Part shown: positions 17,621 to 28,132 of the stretch, one piece after another
How the letters are laid out: every line of letters begins with the position of its first letter
Position numbering within the stretch: position 1 is the first letter of the stretch
DNA from: an uncultured Candidatus Saccharibacteria bacterium
GTDB lineage: Bacteria; Patescibacteriota; Doudnabacteria; UBA920
Direction of reading: 5' to 3'
Length of the DNA stretch: 64,000 nucleotides
Assembly (NCBI GenBank): GCA_964505635.1
Contig: CAZDIP010000001.1
Location: 40,174-104,173 of the forward strand
The notes under the pieces: model-generated
The model's database searches: none
Seen by the model: only the letters and a program-made list of their open reading frames with translations
Told to the model about the DNA's origin: nothing
Made by a program: the position numbers and the translations under genes

Positions 17621-19624
17621 TTAGCCTTTCAAGAATTTTACAAGCAACAAAGCTACAATGTTTATAATTTTGATCATCGGGTTAATTGCCGGGCCGGCTG
17701 TGTCTTTGTAGGGGTCGCCTACGGTGTCGCCGGTAACCGCGGCTTTGTGGGCATCTGAGCCTTTGCCGCCAAAACTGCCTTCCTCAATATATTTTTTAGC
17801 ATTGTCCCAGGCAGCGCCTCCGGTAGTCATGGAAATACCGACAAACAAACCGGTGACTATGGAGCCGACCAAAAGTCCGCCCAAAGCTTCGGCGCCTAAA
17901 ACAAACCCGACTGCCACCGGCACAATTACGGGGATTAAAGCCGGTACCACCATTTCTTTAATTGCGGCTTTAGTAACAATGTCCACGGCTCTGGAATAGT
18001 CGGGTTTGCCCGTGCCTTCCATTATGCCTTTTATTTCCCTAAACTGCCTGCGCACTTCTTCTACCACCGCCTTTGCGGCATTTCCAACCGCAGACATGGC
18101 AATGCTGGCAAAAAGATAGGGGAGGAGTCCGCCTATGAGAAGGCCAACTAAAACGCGGCTGTCGGAAAGGTCAAAAACCGCGCTTATGCCTTCTAACTTT
18201 AATTCCTGGGTGTAAGCGGCAAAAAGTACCATGGCCGCAAGTCCGGCACTGGCAATAGCGTAGCCTTTGGTAACTGCTTTGGTGGTGTTGCCTACGGCGT
18301 CTAACGGGTCGGTAACGTCCCTGACAGATTTATCTAGTCCGGCCATTTCCGCAATGCCTCCCGCGTTGTCGGTTATGGGCCCAAAAGCGTCTATAGCAAC
18401 CACAATGCCGGTTAAGGAAAGCATGGACATAACAGCCAGGGCAATGCCGTACAAACCTGCAAGCTGGTAGGCGGCTAAAATAGCCAGCACAATTACGATT
18501 ACCGGAGCCGCGGTAGACTGCATGCCCACGGCCAGCCCTTTAATAATGTTGGTGCCGTGGCCGGTGGTGGAAGCCTCCGCAATGTCTTTGACCGGAGAGA
18601 AATTTTTGGCCGTGTAGTATTCAGTAATAAACACTACGGCCGCCGTAACAACCAAACCGATTAAAGAGGCGTAATAAAGGTTTATGGGGCTGTAAAGGCC
18701 ATTATTTTGCATTAAGCGCATGGTAATGGGGTAAAAGGCAATAGCGCTTAAAATGCCCGATACCGCAAAGCCTTTGTACATCGCGCCCATAATGTTATTT
18801 GATTTGCCTAAGCGCACGAACCAAGTGCCAATAATGGAAGTAATAATGGAAGCAGCGCCTATTAATAGAGGATAAATTATTGCGTTTGAATTTGAAGAGT
18901 CGGTAAAAATAAACGAGCCTAAAAGCATAACCGCTACAGTGGAGACGGCGTAGGTTTCAAACAAGTCAGCGGCCATGCCGGCGCAGTCGCCCACGTTGTC
19001 GCCCACGTTGTCGGCTATAACGCCTGGGTTTCGCGGGTCGTCTTCAGGGATATTGCTTTCTATTTTACCTACCATGTCTGTTCCTACGTCCGCGCCTTTG
19101 GTAAATATGCCTCCGCCAAGCCTGGCGAATACGGAAATTAAGGAAGAGCCAAAAGCCAGACCCGCTAAGGCAGATAAATCTTTGGTTAAAGCGTAAAAAC
19201 CGGCTACGGACAAAAGTCCCAAGCCTACCACGAACAAGCCGGTTACCGCGCCGCCTTCAAAAGCTAAAGACAGTGCTGCGCCTAGGCCCTTTTTGGCTGC
19301 TTCGGCTGTTCTGACATTTGCGCGCACGGAAATATTCATGCCTATAAAACCGGCAACAGCGGAAAGCGCGGCGCCGATTACAAAAGCGGCCATGGTAGAG
19401 GTGGAAAAGCCTCCAAAAAACATAAGCGCTAAAATAGCCACAGCCACTAAACCCACGGTTTTATATTGCCTGGAAAGATAGGCTTTGGCGCCGGCTTGAA
19501 TAGCTTTTGCTATTTCCAGCATCTTGCCTTCGCCTTGCGGAGATTTTAAGATTTTCCAAATTAAAAACGCCCCGTAAAGTAGCGCTAAAATCGCCGCACC
19601 TAACACATAAGCCATGTAGTTCAT
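17621..19624 (-). CDS. hppA: Membrane-bound proton-translocating pyrophosphatase (H+-PPase)
   Basis: 667 aa multi-TM protein with [15 protein letters not shown] and [14 protein letters not shown] motifs. Confidence 0.9.
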   Translation of the reverse strand: MNYMAYVLGAAILALLYGAFLIWKILKSPQGEGKMLEIAKAIQAGAKAYLSRQYKTVGLVAVAILALMFFGGFSTSTMAAFVIGAALSAVAGFIGMNISVRANVRTAEAAKKGLGAALSLAFEGGAVTGLFVVGLGLLSVAGFYALTKDLSALAGLAFGSSLISVFARLGGGIFTKGADVGTDMVGKIESNIPEDDPRNPGVIADNVGDNVGDCAGMAADLFETYAVSTVAVMLLGSFIFTDSSNSNAIIYPLLIGAASIITSIIGTWFVRLGKSNNIMGAMYKGFAVSGILSAIAFYPITMRLMQNNGLYSPINLYYASLIGLVVTAAVVFITEYYTAKNFSPVKDIAEASTTGHGTNIIKGLAVGMQSTAAPVIVIVLAILAAYQLAGLYGIALAVMSMLSLTGIVVAIDAFGPITDNAGGIAEMAGLDKSVRDVTDPLDAVGNTTKAVTKGYAIASAGLAAMVLFAAYTQELKLEGISAVFDLSDSRVLVGLLIGGLLPYLFASIAMSAVGNAAKAVVEEVRRQFREIKGIMEGTGKPDYSRAVDIVTKAAIKEMVVPALIPVIVPVAVGFVLGAEALGGLLVGSIVTGLFVGISMTTGGAAWDNAKKYIEEGSFGGKGSDAHKAAVTGDTVGDPYKDTAGPAINPMIKIINIVALLLVKFLKG

Positions 19625-19726
19625 ATTTTAAGTTTATAATTATTATGAATAAAATTCAATCAAAATTATAGCCTTTTAAGCCAATTTTGGCAAATTTAAA
19701 AACCCTTTTTAAAGGGCTTAATAAAA

Positions 19727-20302
19727 TTAGTTAAAGCTCGCGCTTAAGACCAGCGCTTTAAATTGCGGCCTTAGGCTCATGGAAAGACCCACGTCAAAAG
19801 TATAAAAATAGGAGCCGCTTTTAATGCCGTACAGGGAGTCAGTCACGTTCAAAGCCGTAAACCCGGCAATAGTTTCTTTTGTGTAAGGCAGCCCGTCAAG
19901 CGCGTAAAATTCGGAGGCGTGAATGTAAATTTTAATATTGTAATACTTTAAGCCCGGATCAATTTCCAAAACATTAAACCCGTTTTTACTTTTGCCCTCC
20001 TTAACTTGCCATTCCGCAGGGTATTTAAAGCTTAAGTTATATTTTTCGCTACGAAAAATTTGCCAGTTTTCCGTGCTTGCCGGTTCTATGGTTTCCAAAG
20101 CCTCGGCAGTTTGAATGTTTAGCGGGTTTAAGGAGTTTTTTGGTTCAGGGTACTTTACGGCTTCGTTTCCGTTTATGTTGTAGTTATATTCTTCGGCATT
20201 TTTTTGCAGGCCCGAATATAAATTAACGCATACAAAAGTGCCGATTATTGCAAACGACAACAGGAAAATAAAACTTTTGGTTTGGGGAGAAATTTTTTGC
20301 AC
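19727..20302 (-). CDS. Hypothetical secreted or membrane-anchored protein
   Basis: 191 aa with an N-terminal TM/signal. A terminator hairpin follows at about 19700-19722. Confidence 0.4.
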   Translation of the reverse strand: MQKISPQTKSFIFLLSFAIIGTFVCVNLYSGLQKNAEEYNYNINGNEAVKYPEPKNSLNPLNIQTAEALETIEPASTENWQIFRSEKYNLSFKYPAEWQVKEGKSKNGFNVLEIDPGLKYYNIKIYIHASEFYALDGLPYTKETIAGFTALNVTDSLYGIKSGSYFYTFDVGLSMSLRPQFKALVLSASFN

Positions 20303-20750
20303 TTTTTTTAGGGCTTTTTTATTTCTAGCTTTGAATTAGTAAGTAGCAAAATTTTAATCTTCGACTTATATGGAGAAGCTAAAATTTTGGCTTAAAAGCT
20401 CAATATTATTCGACCCTGTGGAGAATAATATTGAGTTTCGTAATTCATGGTTCCAACTGATTCCCAGTTCAGTTTTATTAAAGCAAAGTTATTTTGTTTT
20501 GTCAAAAAGTTTATCCAAGCCGGCATTTTGCCCGCAGTAGTAAAGATTTTTGGTCAGGTTAACGCAAAAGCCCGGGTTTTTTTGCAAGTAGGAATACTTG
20601 GGCAAAAACCAGTATAAAAAGGCTGCCACCAGAAATATAACCAGGTAGAAAAAAAGTTTTAGAAGTTTAAACATAAAGTCTATTTCTATTCTACCATACT
20701 TGATAAAATAAGGTAAAAATTTTATAATATTGTTTGTTAAGCATGTATAT

Positions 20751-20825
20751 TGGGGTGTAGCCAAGCGGTAAGGCAAACGGCTCTGAACCGTTCATTCCTA
20801 GGTTCGAATCCTAGCACCCCAGCCA
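20751..20825 (+). tRNA. tRNA-Gln (anticodon CTG)
   Basis: Acceptor TGGGGTG/CACCCCA, anticodon stem AACGG/CCGTT with loop CTCTGAA, T arm GGTTCGAATCC, and discriminator G plus CCA encoded. Confidence 0.85.
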
Positions 20826-22283
20826 CTTCTTATCATCGTGTGCTTTTACGATGCCAGCGAACACGGGTTTGAGCGTGAACATTGGCGTTTTTTGTTTCAA
20901 ACGGCAGTTCTGAAGAATGAAGTTCAGGAATTGCCTTTTTTCATTTGGTTCAGAACTTTCAAAGATTGAAAACGCACGCTTAGAAATATCCAGTATTCTA
21001 GCGGCGATTAAATAATGATTTTCATCAGCCTTGCTATGCTCGGCAATTTGCTGGGCAATGTCGGCCTGTTTTTCTTTATACTCTTTCAACTTTCTGTCAT
21101 ACATTTCGGGAGTAATACTACTGTCCATTTTTTCATCAAACATTTTGCTTATCCGGTCATCAATCTTGTTATACTCGGCTTGTAAGTTAGCAATGGCCTG
21201 CCTGTAAAAGTCCTGTTCGGCTTCAGTAGCCTTTCGTAAGCCCTTAACTACATAATCAATGCCTGCTTGGGGCAATTCTAAGCGTTTGAGCGTGTCATAA
21301 ATAGGCTCTAGCAAGACTTTTTCCGGCACATAGAGCCGTTTGCACTTGCCTCGGTAATTGGTGCAACTGTAATAGGTATATTTGCCCTTAGCTGTTTCGG
21401 GCGTAATTGTGCAGTTGCATACATCGCAACTTACTAGGCCTCTAAAAATAAAAGGTTTGGCCGCATACTGGAATGGTTTTTTATTCCAGCTCTCTCTGAC
21501 CTTTTGGCATTTCAAAAATAATTGTTTGGAAATTAAAGTTTCGTAATGGTGCGGATATTCAATGCCCTTAACCAACATAATGCCATAGTAAAAAGGTTCG
21601 CTTAAAATCTGTTCTATTTGGCTGGTTGATAGAGCCTTGCCTGACTTGGCCGTTAAGCCTAAATTTTTTACCAACTCGGAAATGGTTTTCATTGAGTATT
21701 TGCCGGTAGCATATAGCTCAAAAACTTTAACAACTAAAAAGCCTTTGTCTTGGTCAACAATAACATTGCTTTTGTCTTCATCATCCCTAAAATTTAAGTA
21801 GCCAATAGGGGCTTGGCCAATACATTCGCCTCGCTTTAGTTTTTGCTCAATACTGCGCTTAACATTATCGCTTAATTGCAAAACATAACTTCTTGCAAAC
21901 ATTACGGCCATATCCCATTGCAAAAGTTGCGAGCTGTTTGCGTCTTTGGTTAAAACTAAATTTTCTCTTACAAAGTGCAATTCAACTTTGCCTTGTTTCC
22001 GCAAGTCATCCAATACAACGCTTTCCTTAAAACTTCTTTGCAGCCTATCTACTGTTTCAACAACAAGCGCAAGCGTTTCTTTTGAGTTCTTTATAAGTGT
22101 TAAAACCTTTTCAAATTTTTTTCGGGTATCGTGAGTAGAACTCTCGGCAATTTCAAAAATGACTGGTGCTTCCAGTCCTTTTTTGTTTGCATATTCTTTC
22201 AACCGCCTAACCTGCGCCGGATTGGAATGGTCTTTTTCTTCCTGCTCTTTGGTTGAAACACGAGCTAAAATTATTGCTTTCAT
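20811..22283 (-). CDS. Large serine recombinase (phage-type integrase)
   Basis: N-terminal resolvase domain with the catalytic Ser in ILARVSTKEQ, a recombinase domain, a Cys-rich zinc ribbon CDVCNC...CTNYRGKC and a C-terminal coiled coil. 490 aa. Confidence 0.9.
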   Translation of the reverse strand: MKAIILARVSTKEQEEKDHSNPAQVRRLKEYANKKGLEAPVIFEIAESSTHDTRKKFEKVLTLIKNSKETLALVVETVDRLQRSFKESVVLDDLRKQGKVELHFVRENLVLTKDANSSQLLQWDMAVMFARSYVLQLSDNVKRSIEQKLKRGECIGQAPIGYLNFRDDEDKSNVIVDQDKGFLVVKVFELYATGKYSMKTISELVKNLGLTAKSGKALSTSQIEQILSEPFYYGIMLVKGIEYPHHYETLISKQLFLKCQKVRESWNKKPFQYAAKPFIFRGLVSCDVCNCTITPETAKGKYTYYSCTNYRGKCKRLYVPEKVLLEPIYDTLKRLELPQAGIDYVVKGLRKATEAEQDFYRQAIANLQAEYNKIDDRISKMFDEKMDSSITPEMYDRKLKEYKEKQADIAQQIAEHSKADENHYLIAARILDISKRAFSIFESSEPNEKRQFLNFILQNCRLKQKTPMFTLKPVFAGIVKAHDDKKWLGC

Positions 22284-25200
22284 ACGGATTTGAAGTTATT
22301 AATTAGCTCCAAATCCGAGTTAGAATTTATCCCATACAGATTATAGACAATTTTATCAATTTCAATAAGGCATCTGTTTATTTTTTCCGAAATAAGAATT
22401 AAATTATCCTTTTCTTTCAGAATTAAATTTACAGCAGTAATTTTTTTATCAGTTTCAATTTCCTTAGACGCATACATACCTATGCTGTCGTCCAATTCGG
22501 TTAAATCCTTTATAGTCTTTGGCAGTTCATTAATGTGGAGTTCAAAATTTAATAACTGTAATAATTTTTTTTCTTGATTTTCTTTATTGGTAATTTCTTC
22601 TTTTAATTGGTAATAAAGTTTTTTGAAATTATTTTTTATGTCTGAATTAATTTTGTCTAATTTTAAGGGTATGCTCCTTATTAAATCAGGGGAAAAGTTA
22701 ATGCCTCCGCCCATTCCTGAAGTAGAATGTTTGTTTTTTAGATAATAAGTTATTAGCTTTGAGTTGAGAATGCAAATCAAAGTATATGGGTCTACTGATT
22801 CTTTAAAATTGTTTATTACTGAAGTAGATTTGCCTGCAACAAACTCATTTTTATCGTCTAAAATACATTCAAAATGCCTAATCCCAGCTACTATAATTTT
22901 TACATTATCAAATTTTTGAAACCTTTTAGGGAATTGTTTTTTAAAATCTTCTTTTTGGACGACTGGGTATAAATATTTATTTTTCAGATAAGCTGTTTTT
23001 TGAATACCCCAGAGAGTATAGTATTTTTCTATTGTCCCTGTGTTAATCAATTTTAAATAGTCTGAATTGTCATTAATTTTTAAGTCCTTGATTAAATCAA
23101 TCAATTCGTAAGCTTCACCTGTGGTAAATGCTCCAAATACGTCTGCAAAATCACCAAGCGGCAAGCTCCCATTTTCTACATCCTTAAGCAAGCCCCTGTT
23201 CTCAACAAAAATGTCGCCCCAATTGTCATCCGACAATTCTTCTAGTTTATTAGATTCTTCAGAATACTCTGAACTGCTTGTAAATTTAGAAACGACAAAA
23301 TTATCAAACGACCCTTTTTTTATTGAAAAAATAATTGAGCTAAGGTTTGCATCTTCAAAAACTTTTACAGGCGAGAGGTCGGCCAGTAATACGACATTAT
23401 TTTTAATAAGCTTCCTTAATGATTTGCCATAATCCATTGAAAGCCATTTATTTGGGACAATCATACTTAAGTAGCCATTCTTTTTTAATAGCTCAAAGGA
23501 TTTTTCAATAAATGGGATATACAAGTCCCAGTTGCCTGTGGCTGATTGATACGCTTGTGAAATAAATTTTCTACCTAATGGGTCATTTTTAACCATTGAT
23601 TCTGAATCAACATACGGCGGATTTCCAACTATTACATCAAATCCGCCAGCAGTAATAATCTCTGGAAATTCTTTTGCCCAATCAAAAGCCCGTTCGCCTG
23701 CAAATTCTGGGTTATCAATAAGGCTATTACCGCACTTGATATTATTTTTTAAAGTAGTTAGCTTTTGTCCTTTTTTAGCCGATTTAAACCAAAGAGATAA
23801 TTTGGTAATTTCAACACTTTCGGGGTTTAAATCTACGCCGTAAATATTATTTTGTAGCAAAGATTTTACATAATCTTCGGTATCCCAAAGACTTGTAGCT
23901 CCGACTAAAGAGCCGATAATGTTTGAAATTCTTTTATTTTCAGCTAGCAAATAATCAAAAACTTTCACTAAAAATGCCCCAGAGCCGCAAGCAGGGTCTA
24001 ATACTTTGATATTGAGAATAAGATTCCTATATTCTGTGTATGCCTCAACCATTTTTTTATTATAGGTTTCGTCCTTTTTTATTCTGTTGCTATCAAGCTT
24101 ATGTTTAGCAAAGACATCCTGCTCCATTTTTTCTAAAAATTTTACAAGCGAATTTTTTACAATATAATCTACAATATATTCAGGAGTATAATAAACTCCT
24201 TCCTTTTTGCGCTTCGTTTCATTTTTTTTGACTTCCGGCGTTTCGCTTTCCGAATACTTTTTTAATCTTTCAAGGTCTACGATTGATTGCTCAAAAATAT
24301 GGCCGAGAATGTTTACAGACAAATCCTCTTCAAAATCAAATTTTGAAAGTTCTACAAAGTGTTTACAAATCTCATTGCTTATTTTTAAGTTGTTTATTTC
24401 ATCATCGTGTTTAAATAACTCGCCATTATAGCCGTCCGGCACGCCAAGTTTTTGGCTACCCTCATCTACTGCTTTAAAGAATTTTTTTAGTGTGTCCCAT
24501 ATCGGCTCATCCAATGCGCCTTTTTGGGCGTATTCCACAACCTCGTAAAGTTTACCTTGTGGGAGCAATCCGGCATCCTCAAAAAAACAGATAAAAACTA
24601 TACGGTCTATAATTTTTTGTGCTTTTTCAACAACGTGGTTATAAAAATTACTTCGTTGGATTTTCTCATTATTTTGTATTATGTCCTTAATTAGTTGCTC
24701 TCGTAATTGCTTGTATTCTTTATAAAATTTATTAGTTATTTTTTCCTGTTCAATCCGTATGGCAGACAATAATTTTTCAGTATTAGTTTGCCCTTTTTCA
24801 GTAATAAAATTATTCGCGCAAAATAAGAAGTAAAACTTTTTAAAATTAAAGTAGTCATCGTTAGGGTTAATCAGGTCTTTAAGCGTAAATTTTTCATAAT
24901 CCAATTGGTTATCTCTAAAAATCCGTATTTCAAAAAAATTGGTTGCAATAACAAAACCACAATCCTTATATTGAGGTTTGTATTTAAAAGCTTGTTGAAT
25001 TGGGCTTAGGTTGCCCTCACGCTGTTGAGATTTATCAAGAGATGTATTAGCATCTTTTATCTCAACTACGGCAATAACTCTTTTATCATTTTTGCTAAAA
25101 TATCCGAGAGTTGCATCGGGCATTTGACCACCACCTGTTTCAACATTGTCTTTTGGTTGGATTGAATAAATATTTGCTGGAAATGGGGTGTAGTCTAATA

Positions 25201-25381
25201 CTTTAATAAAAAAATCTGAATTAAATGCTTGCTCGCATTGCGTTTCATTTTTTTTCTGCAGCTCCTTTGTATTATAAGCGTCATACCACGATTGAATAAT
25301 CCCAAGCTTTTGCTCAAGATTAGGAATCTCAAATTTTTCAAGTTCCCCTTTAATCATTTTGTTTTTGAAAAGTCCAGCCAT
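22280..25381 (-). CDS. Type IIG restriction-modification enzyme (fused endonuclease and N6-adenine methyltransferase, MmeI-like)
   Basis: 1033 aa. N-terminal PD-(D/E)xK-like D...VVEIKD. SAM motif I VLDPACGSGAFLV and motif IV VIVGNPPY, then a large C-terminal TRD. Confidence 0.85.
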   Translation of the reverse strand: MAGLFKNKMIKGELEKFEIPNLEQKLGIIQSWYDAYNTKELQKKNETQCEQAFNSDFFIKVLDYTPFPANIYSIQPKDNVETGGGQMPDATLGYFSKNDKRVIAVVEIKDANTSLDKSQQREGNLSPIQQAFKYKPQYKDCGFVIATNFFEIRIFRDNQLDYEKFTLKDLINPNDDYFNFKKFYFLFCANNFITEKGQTNTEKLLSAIRIEQEKITNKFYKEYKQLREQLIKDIIQNNEKIQRSNFYNHVVEKAQKIIDRIVFICFFEDAGLLPQGKLYEVVEYAQKGALDEPIWDTLKKFFKAVDEGSQKLGVPDGYNGELFKHDDEINNLKISNEICKHFVELSKFDFEEDLSVNILGHIFEQSIVDLERLKKYSESETPEVKKNETKRKKEGVYYTPEYIVDYIVKNSLVKFLEKMEQDVFAKHKLDSNRIKKDETYNKKMVEAYTEYRNLILNIKVLDPACGSGAFLVKVFDYLLAENKRISNIIGSLVGATSLWDTEDYVKSLLQNNIYGVDLNPESVEITKLSLWFKSAKKGQKLTTLKNNIKCGNSLIDNPEFAGERAFDWAKEFPEIITAGGFDVIVGNPPYVDSESMVKNDPLGRKFISQAYQSATGNWDLYIPFIEKSFELLKKNGYLSMIVPNKWLSMDYGKSLRKLIKNNVVLLADLSPVKVFEDANLSSIIFSIKKGSFDNFVVSKFTSSSEYSEESNKLEELSDDNWGDIFVENRGLLKDVENGSLPLGDFADVFGAFTTGEAYELIDLIKDLKINDNSDYLKLINTGTIEKYYTLWGIQKTAYLKNKYLYPVVQKEDFKKQFPKRFQKFDNVKIIVAGIRHFECILDDKNEFVAGKSTSVINNFKESVDPYTLICILNSKLITYYLKNKHSTSGMGGGINFSPDLIRSIPLKLDKINSDIKNNFKKLYYQLKEEITNKENQEKKLLQLLNFELHINELPKTIKDLTELDDSIGMYASKEIETDKKITAVNLILKEKDNLILISEKINRCLIEIDKIVYNLYGINSNSDLELINNFKSV

Positions 25382-25382
25382 A

Positions 25383-25558
25383 TTATTTGGTTTTAGCCTT
25401 ATCTAAAAATTTATTAAATTCTATTTTATCAATTCTAAATTCCTTGCCAATTTTATAAGCCTTAAGCTGTTTAGCTTTGATTTTTCGGTATATGGTCATT
25501 ATGTTGACCTTGAGGGCTTTGGCCAGTTCTTCGGCGGTGTAAAAGGGGTCTTGTTGCA
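25383..25558 (-). CDS. Excisionase/AlpA-like HTH DNA-binding protein (58 aa). It is not in the ORF track.
   Basis: Manual translation: MQQDPFYTAEELAKALKVNIMTIYRKIKAKQLKAYKIGKEFRIDKIEFNKFLDKAKTK. This matches the Xis/HTH_17 pattern (LAxxLxVSxxTIYRxIKxGxLPAxKIGxxxRI). Confidence 0.55.
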
Positions 25559-25614
25559 TAGGGGTATTATAGTTTACTATTCTTTACATTGCAAATGACG
25601 GGCTGTGGGTAAGT

Positions 25615-26772
25615 CTAATGCAAACTCATAGGGTCAAAAGCGTCCTTTGGCGGCTCAATTTTAGCGGCCTGCGGCAAGGCATAAGGTTTAAACTGCTGTA
25701 AGGCCGTTTTTATCTGCTTAATGTATTCGTGGCAATTTTCAATGATTGCTGTTTTATTTAGCAGTTTAATTTTAACTCCTATTCTATCCCAGCTACGCTT
25801 GCTTGCCCTTTTGCCCAACATTTGGCGCAAATCTTTAACGCCGCCTTTGTCTTTGCAAGCCATTTTGAGCAGGGCTAATTGAAAAATAGTTGCGGTTCTC
25901 ATTTTAGGATTGTTTTTAAATAGCATTCTTAAAATCTTTTGTGGTGTATCTTCAAAGTCAAAAATAAATAGACTCGGTTCAATGTAAGTTTGAAAATAAT
26001 CTAGCAGTATTTTTTGGCATACTGCCAATTTAAAAATGTCGGAAAAAGTTGGATTTTGAGCAAAGCCAAGTCTTGCTAAAACAGCGTTCATTTTTGGCTT
26101 TTCAGATAGCCTAACTTCCATTCTTAAAATTTCGGGTTTTGCTTTCCTTTCCAAAAAATCAAAAAGACTTTGCCGTTGTATTTTTTGGTCTACGTCAATA
26201 GCCTTGTTTTCGCTTTTCTCTAAATCTTTCATTTTGTCATAAAAAACTAACGAATGGGACTTAGAGTAATACTGCAAGCCGTGTCCGCCATTTCTAAATG
26301 TAGTTTTTTGCAAATCCATTTTTTCGGTTAAGTTTATTTTTTCAAACTCCTTAATAATTCCCGTTGCGGAATAACCGCCAGTTATGAGTATGTTTTTTGA
26401 GGGATGAAAAGAGGCAACTATCGCCCGTCTAATAACATTTTCCGCCACGCTAACTCCCATACTGGAAACTTTTTCTTGCAGCATTGCAACTTCCAAATCA
26501 AAATCATTTTCCGTAATTTCTATCAGATTATTGTTATTGATAACTTTAGCGGCTGAAGCCTCAATCCTTAAAGTCGCCTCTGCTCCACGCTTGTAAATAA
26601 GCAGCTTGGGTTTATATTTGCCGGAGCGTTTATCTTCGGCTGTGGGGTTGTTTACATACTTGCGGTAAAAAGTCCTGTCTAAGTGCATTTTTTCTGTTGA
26701 GGGACTAAACATATCGTGCCGCACAATCCGGTAATAGCCCTTTGGAATATCTAAAATATAAGTATCTAACAT
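25615..26772 (-). CDS. Hypothetical protein, possibly a rolling-circle replication initiator (Rep_trans-like)
   Basis: 385 aa. LVFYDKMKDLEKSE resembles the Rep_trans xIYDKxxE motif. Otherwise unassigned. Confidence 0.35.
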   Translation of the reverse strand: MLDTYILDIPKGYYRIVRHDMFSPSTEKMHLDRTFYRKYVNNPTAEDKRSGKYKPKLLIYKRGAEATLRIEASAAKVINNNNLIEITENDFDLEVAMLQEKVSSMGVSVAENVIRRAIVASFHPSKNILITGGYSATGIIKEFEKINLTEKMDLQKTTFRNGGHGLQYYSKSHSLVFYDKMKDLEKSENKAIDVDQKIQRQSLFDFLERKAKPEILRMEVRLSEKPKMNAVLARLGFAQNPTFSDIFKLAVCQKILLDYFQTYIEPSLFIFDFEDTPQKILRMLFKNNPKMRTATIFQLALLKMACKDKGGVKDLRQMLGKRASKRSWDRIGVKIKLLNKTAIIENCHEYIKQIKTALQQFKPYALPQAAKIEPPKDAFDPMSLH

Positions 26773-26802
26773 TTCATTACTTCTTTAAAAATAAATAGTG
26801 CA

Positions 26803-27060
26803 TTAAAACAAGGTTTTAGCCTTATCTAAAACAGCTTTTTCTATATCTTTTGCCAGCATTTGGTTAATAGGGTGGTAGATATTTAGCCCTCGGTCGCCAA
26901 TCTTTTTAGTAGGATAAGTTAGCCGGTATCCCGTGCCGTCCAGCCGTGTGTAAACGCCGATTGAGCCAAGATACAGGCAATCGTCCAAAACAAGGCTCGC
27001 AAAGGCTACAAGGCCGCCTTGAGGTTTTACCGGTGTTATATTGACCTCGCTAATCTTCAT
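26803..27060 (-). CDS. SpoVG family protein
   Basis: MKISEVNITPVKPQGGLVAFASLVLDDCLYLGSIGVYTRLDGTGYRLTYPTKK...IYHPINQMLAKDIEKAVLDK aligns well to SpoVG. The start is trimmed from the ORF-track start at 27114 to the MKISEV Met. Confidence 0.65.
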   Translation of the reverse strand: MKISEVNITPVKPQGGLVAFASLVLDDCLYLGSIGVYTRLDGTGYRLTYPTKKIGDRGLNIYHPINQMLAKDIEKAVLDKAKTLF

Positions 27061-27211
27061 AAAGTTGCGAGTTATATTTTCTATCCATTTCAACCAGCCA
27101 GCCAAATGCGCCAATCAAATCCTGCTTGGCTTCAAAAACTTCCTGCTCGTTCAACTCCTTGCCGGATAGCTTTTCTAATATTACTTTGTCGTGGCTTGTT
27201 ATTTCGGACAT
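27050..27211 (-). CDS. Small hypothetical protein (53 aa) upstream of SpoVG
   Basis: MSEITSHDKVILEKLSGKELNEQEVFEAKQDLIGAFGWLVEMDRKYNSQLYED. It overlaps the SpoVG start by a few codons. Confidence 0.3.
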   Translation of the reverse strand: MSEITSHDKVILEKLSGKELNEQEVFEAKQDLIGAFGWLVEMDRKYNSQLYED

Positions 27212-27305
27212 AAAAAAACTGGTTATAAAACCAGTCTAAATGTTTATGCCTTTGCCGTATAAGAAATTATTGAACTACGCTAAAAGAAATTAGGAAATTA
27301 TTGAC

Positions 27306-28058
27306 CTACACTAGTTTCCTAAATCTTCTTCTTTTTTCAAGGCTAATTATTTTGCCAATTTCGTTATAGACCAGCCCATTGTTTGGGTGGCTTTTATCAA
27401 GTTCTTTTTTTAGCTCTTTGAGGCTTAAATTTTTATGTTCCCAAATGAAATCGGTAATTTTGCGGTCTAATTTTCTCTGTCTAAAATTGACCTTGTTTTC
27501 TCTGTAATCTTCTATAAAACTAACAATTATATCCCAATTTTTGTTAATGTAATCTAACACATCCCTTTTCGTGGCAAACTTATGAATGTTAATGCTCACG
27601 GGGTAGGCCGATACAAAAGTCTGCAAGCGATGATTTATCATTGGCGGCATCCACGCATCTTCAGGGTGCAGTAGCAAATCAACAGTATCTCTCATTACAG
27701 CCAAATCGCATACTTCGCCCAAGTAATCGCTTTTGCCCATAATATCTTCAAGTAATATACCGTGCATTAATTCATCATCCAGACCGTATTCTTCGGCGAT
27801 TTCATCGTATATTTTCCAATGCGGTATATAATCATCTTCGGGAAAAAGTGTCATAAATTCTTCCGACAAGGCTTTGTATTTATCCAGTATTACCTCAAAC
27901 TGCTTAACCCTCTTATCTTTATCGGAATTTTTGGTTAATTTACGGAGTTGCTTAACTTTGGCCATAAAGTGTTTGTTGCGCTTTAGGTCTGCCAAATACT
28001 GCTGCAACTTTTTATGCCCTTGAGTTTCTTTTCTTATTATTTGCATTACATTTTTCAA
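27306..28058 (-). CDS. Hypothetical protein
   Basis: 250 aa ORF with no recognisable motifs. Confidence 0.5.
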   Translation of the reverse strand: MKNVMQIIRKETQGHKKLQQYLADLKRNKHFMAKVKQLRKLTKNSDKDKRVKQFEVILDKYKALSEEFMTLFPEDDYIPHWKIYDEIAEEYGLDDELMHGILLEDIMGKSDYLGEVCDLAVMRDTVDLLLHPEDAWMPPMINHRLQTFVSAYPVSINIHKFATKRDVLDYINKNWDIIVSFIEDYRENKVNFRQRKLDRKITDFIWEHKNLSLKELKKELDKSHPNNGLVYNEIGKIISLEKRRRFRKLV

Positions 28059-28132
28059 AATTAGCTTTATTCCTTATATTTTATCAATAAGTTCTGATTT
28101 GTGGAAATTCAATAAAAAATGGTATAATATGC

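Noticed and set aside
20489-20776. 95 aa minus-strand ORF overlapping tRNA-Gln
   Set aside because: The start overlaps the tRNA by 26 nt. It could be a 61 aa TM peptide from an internal Met, but there is no support, so it was not called.
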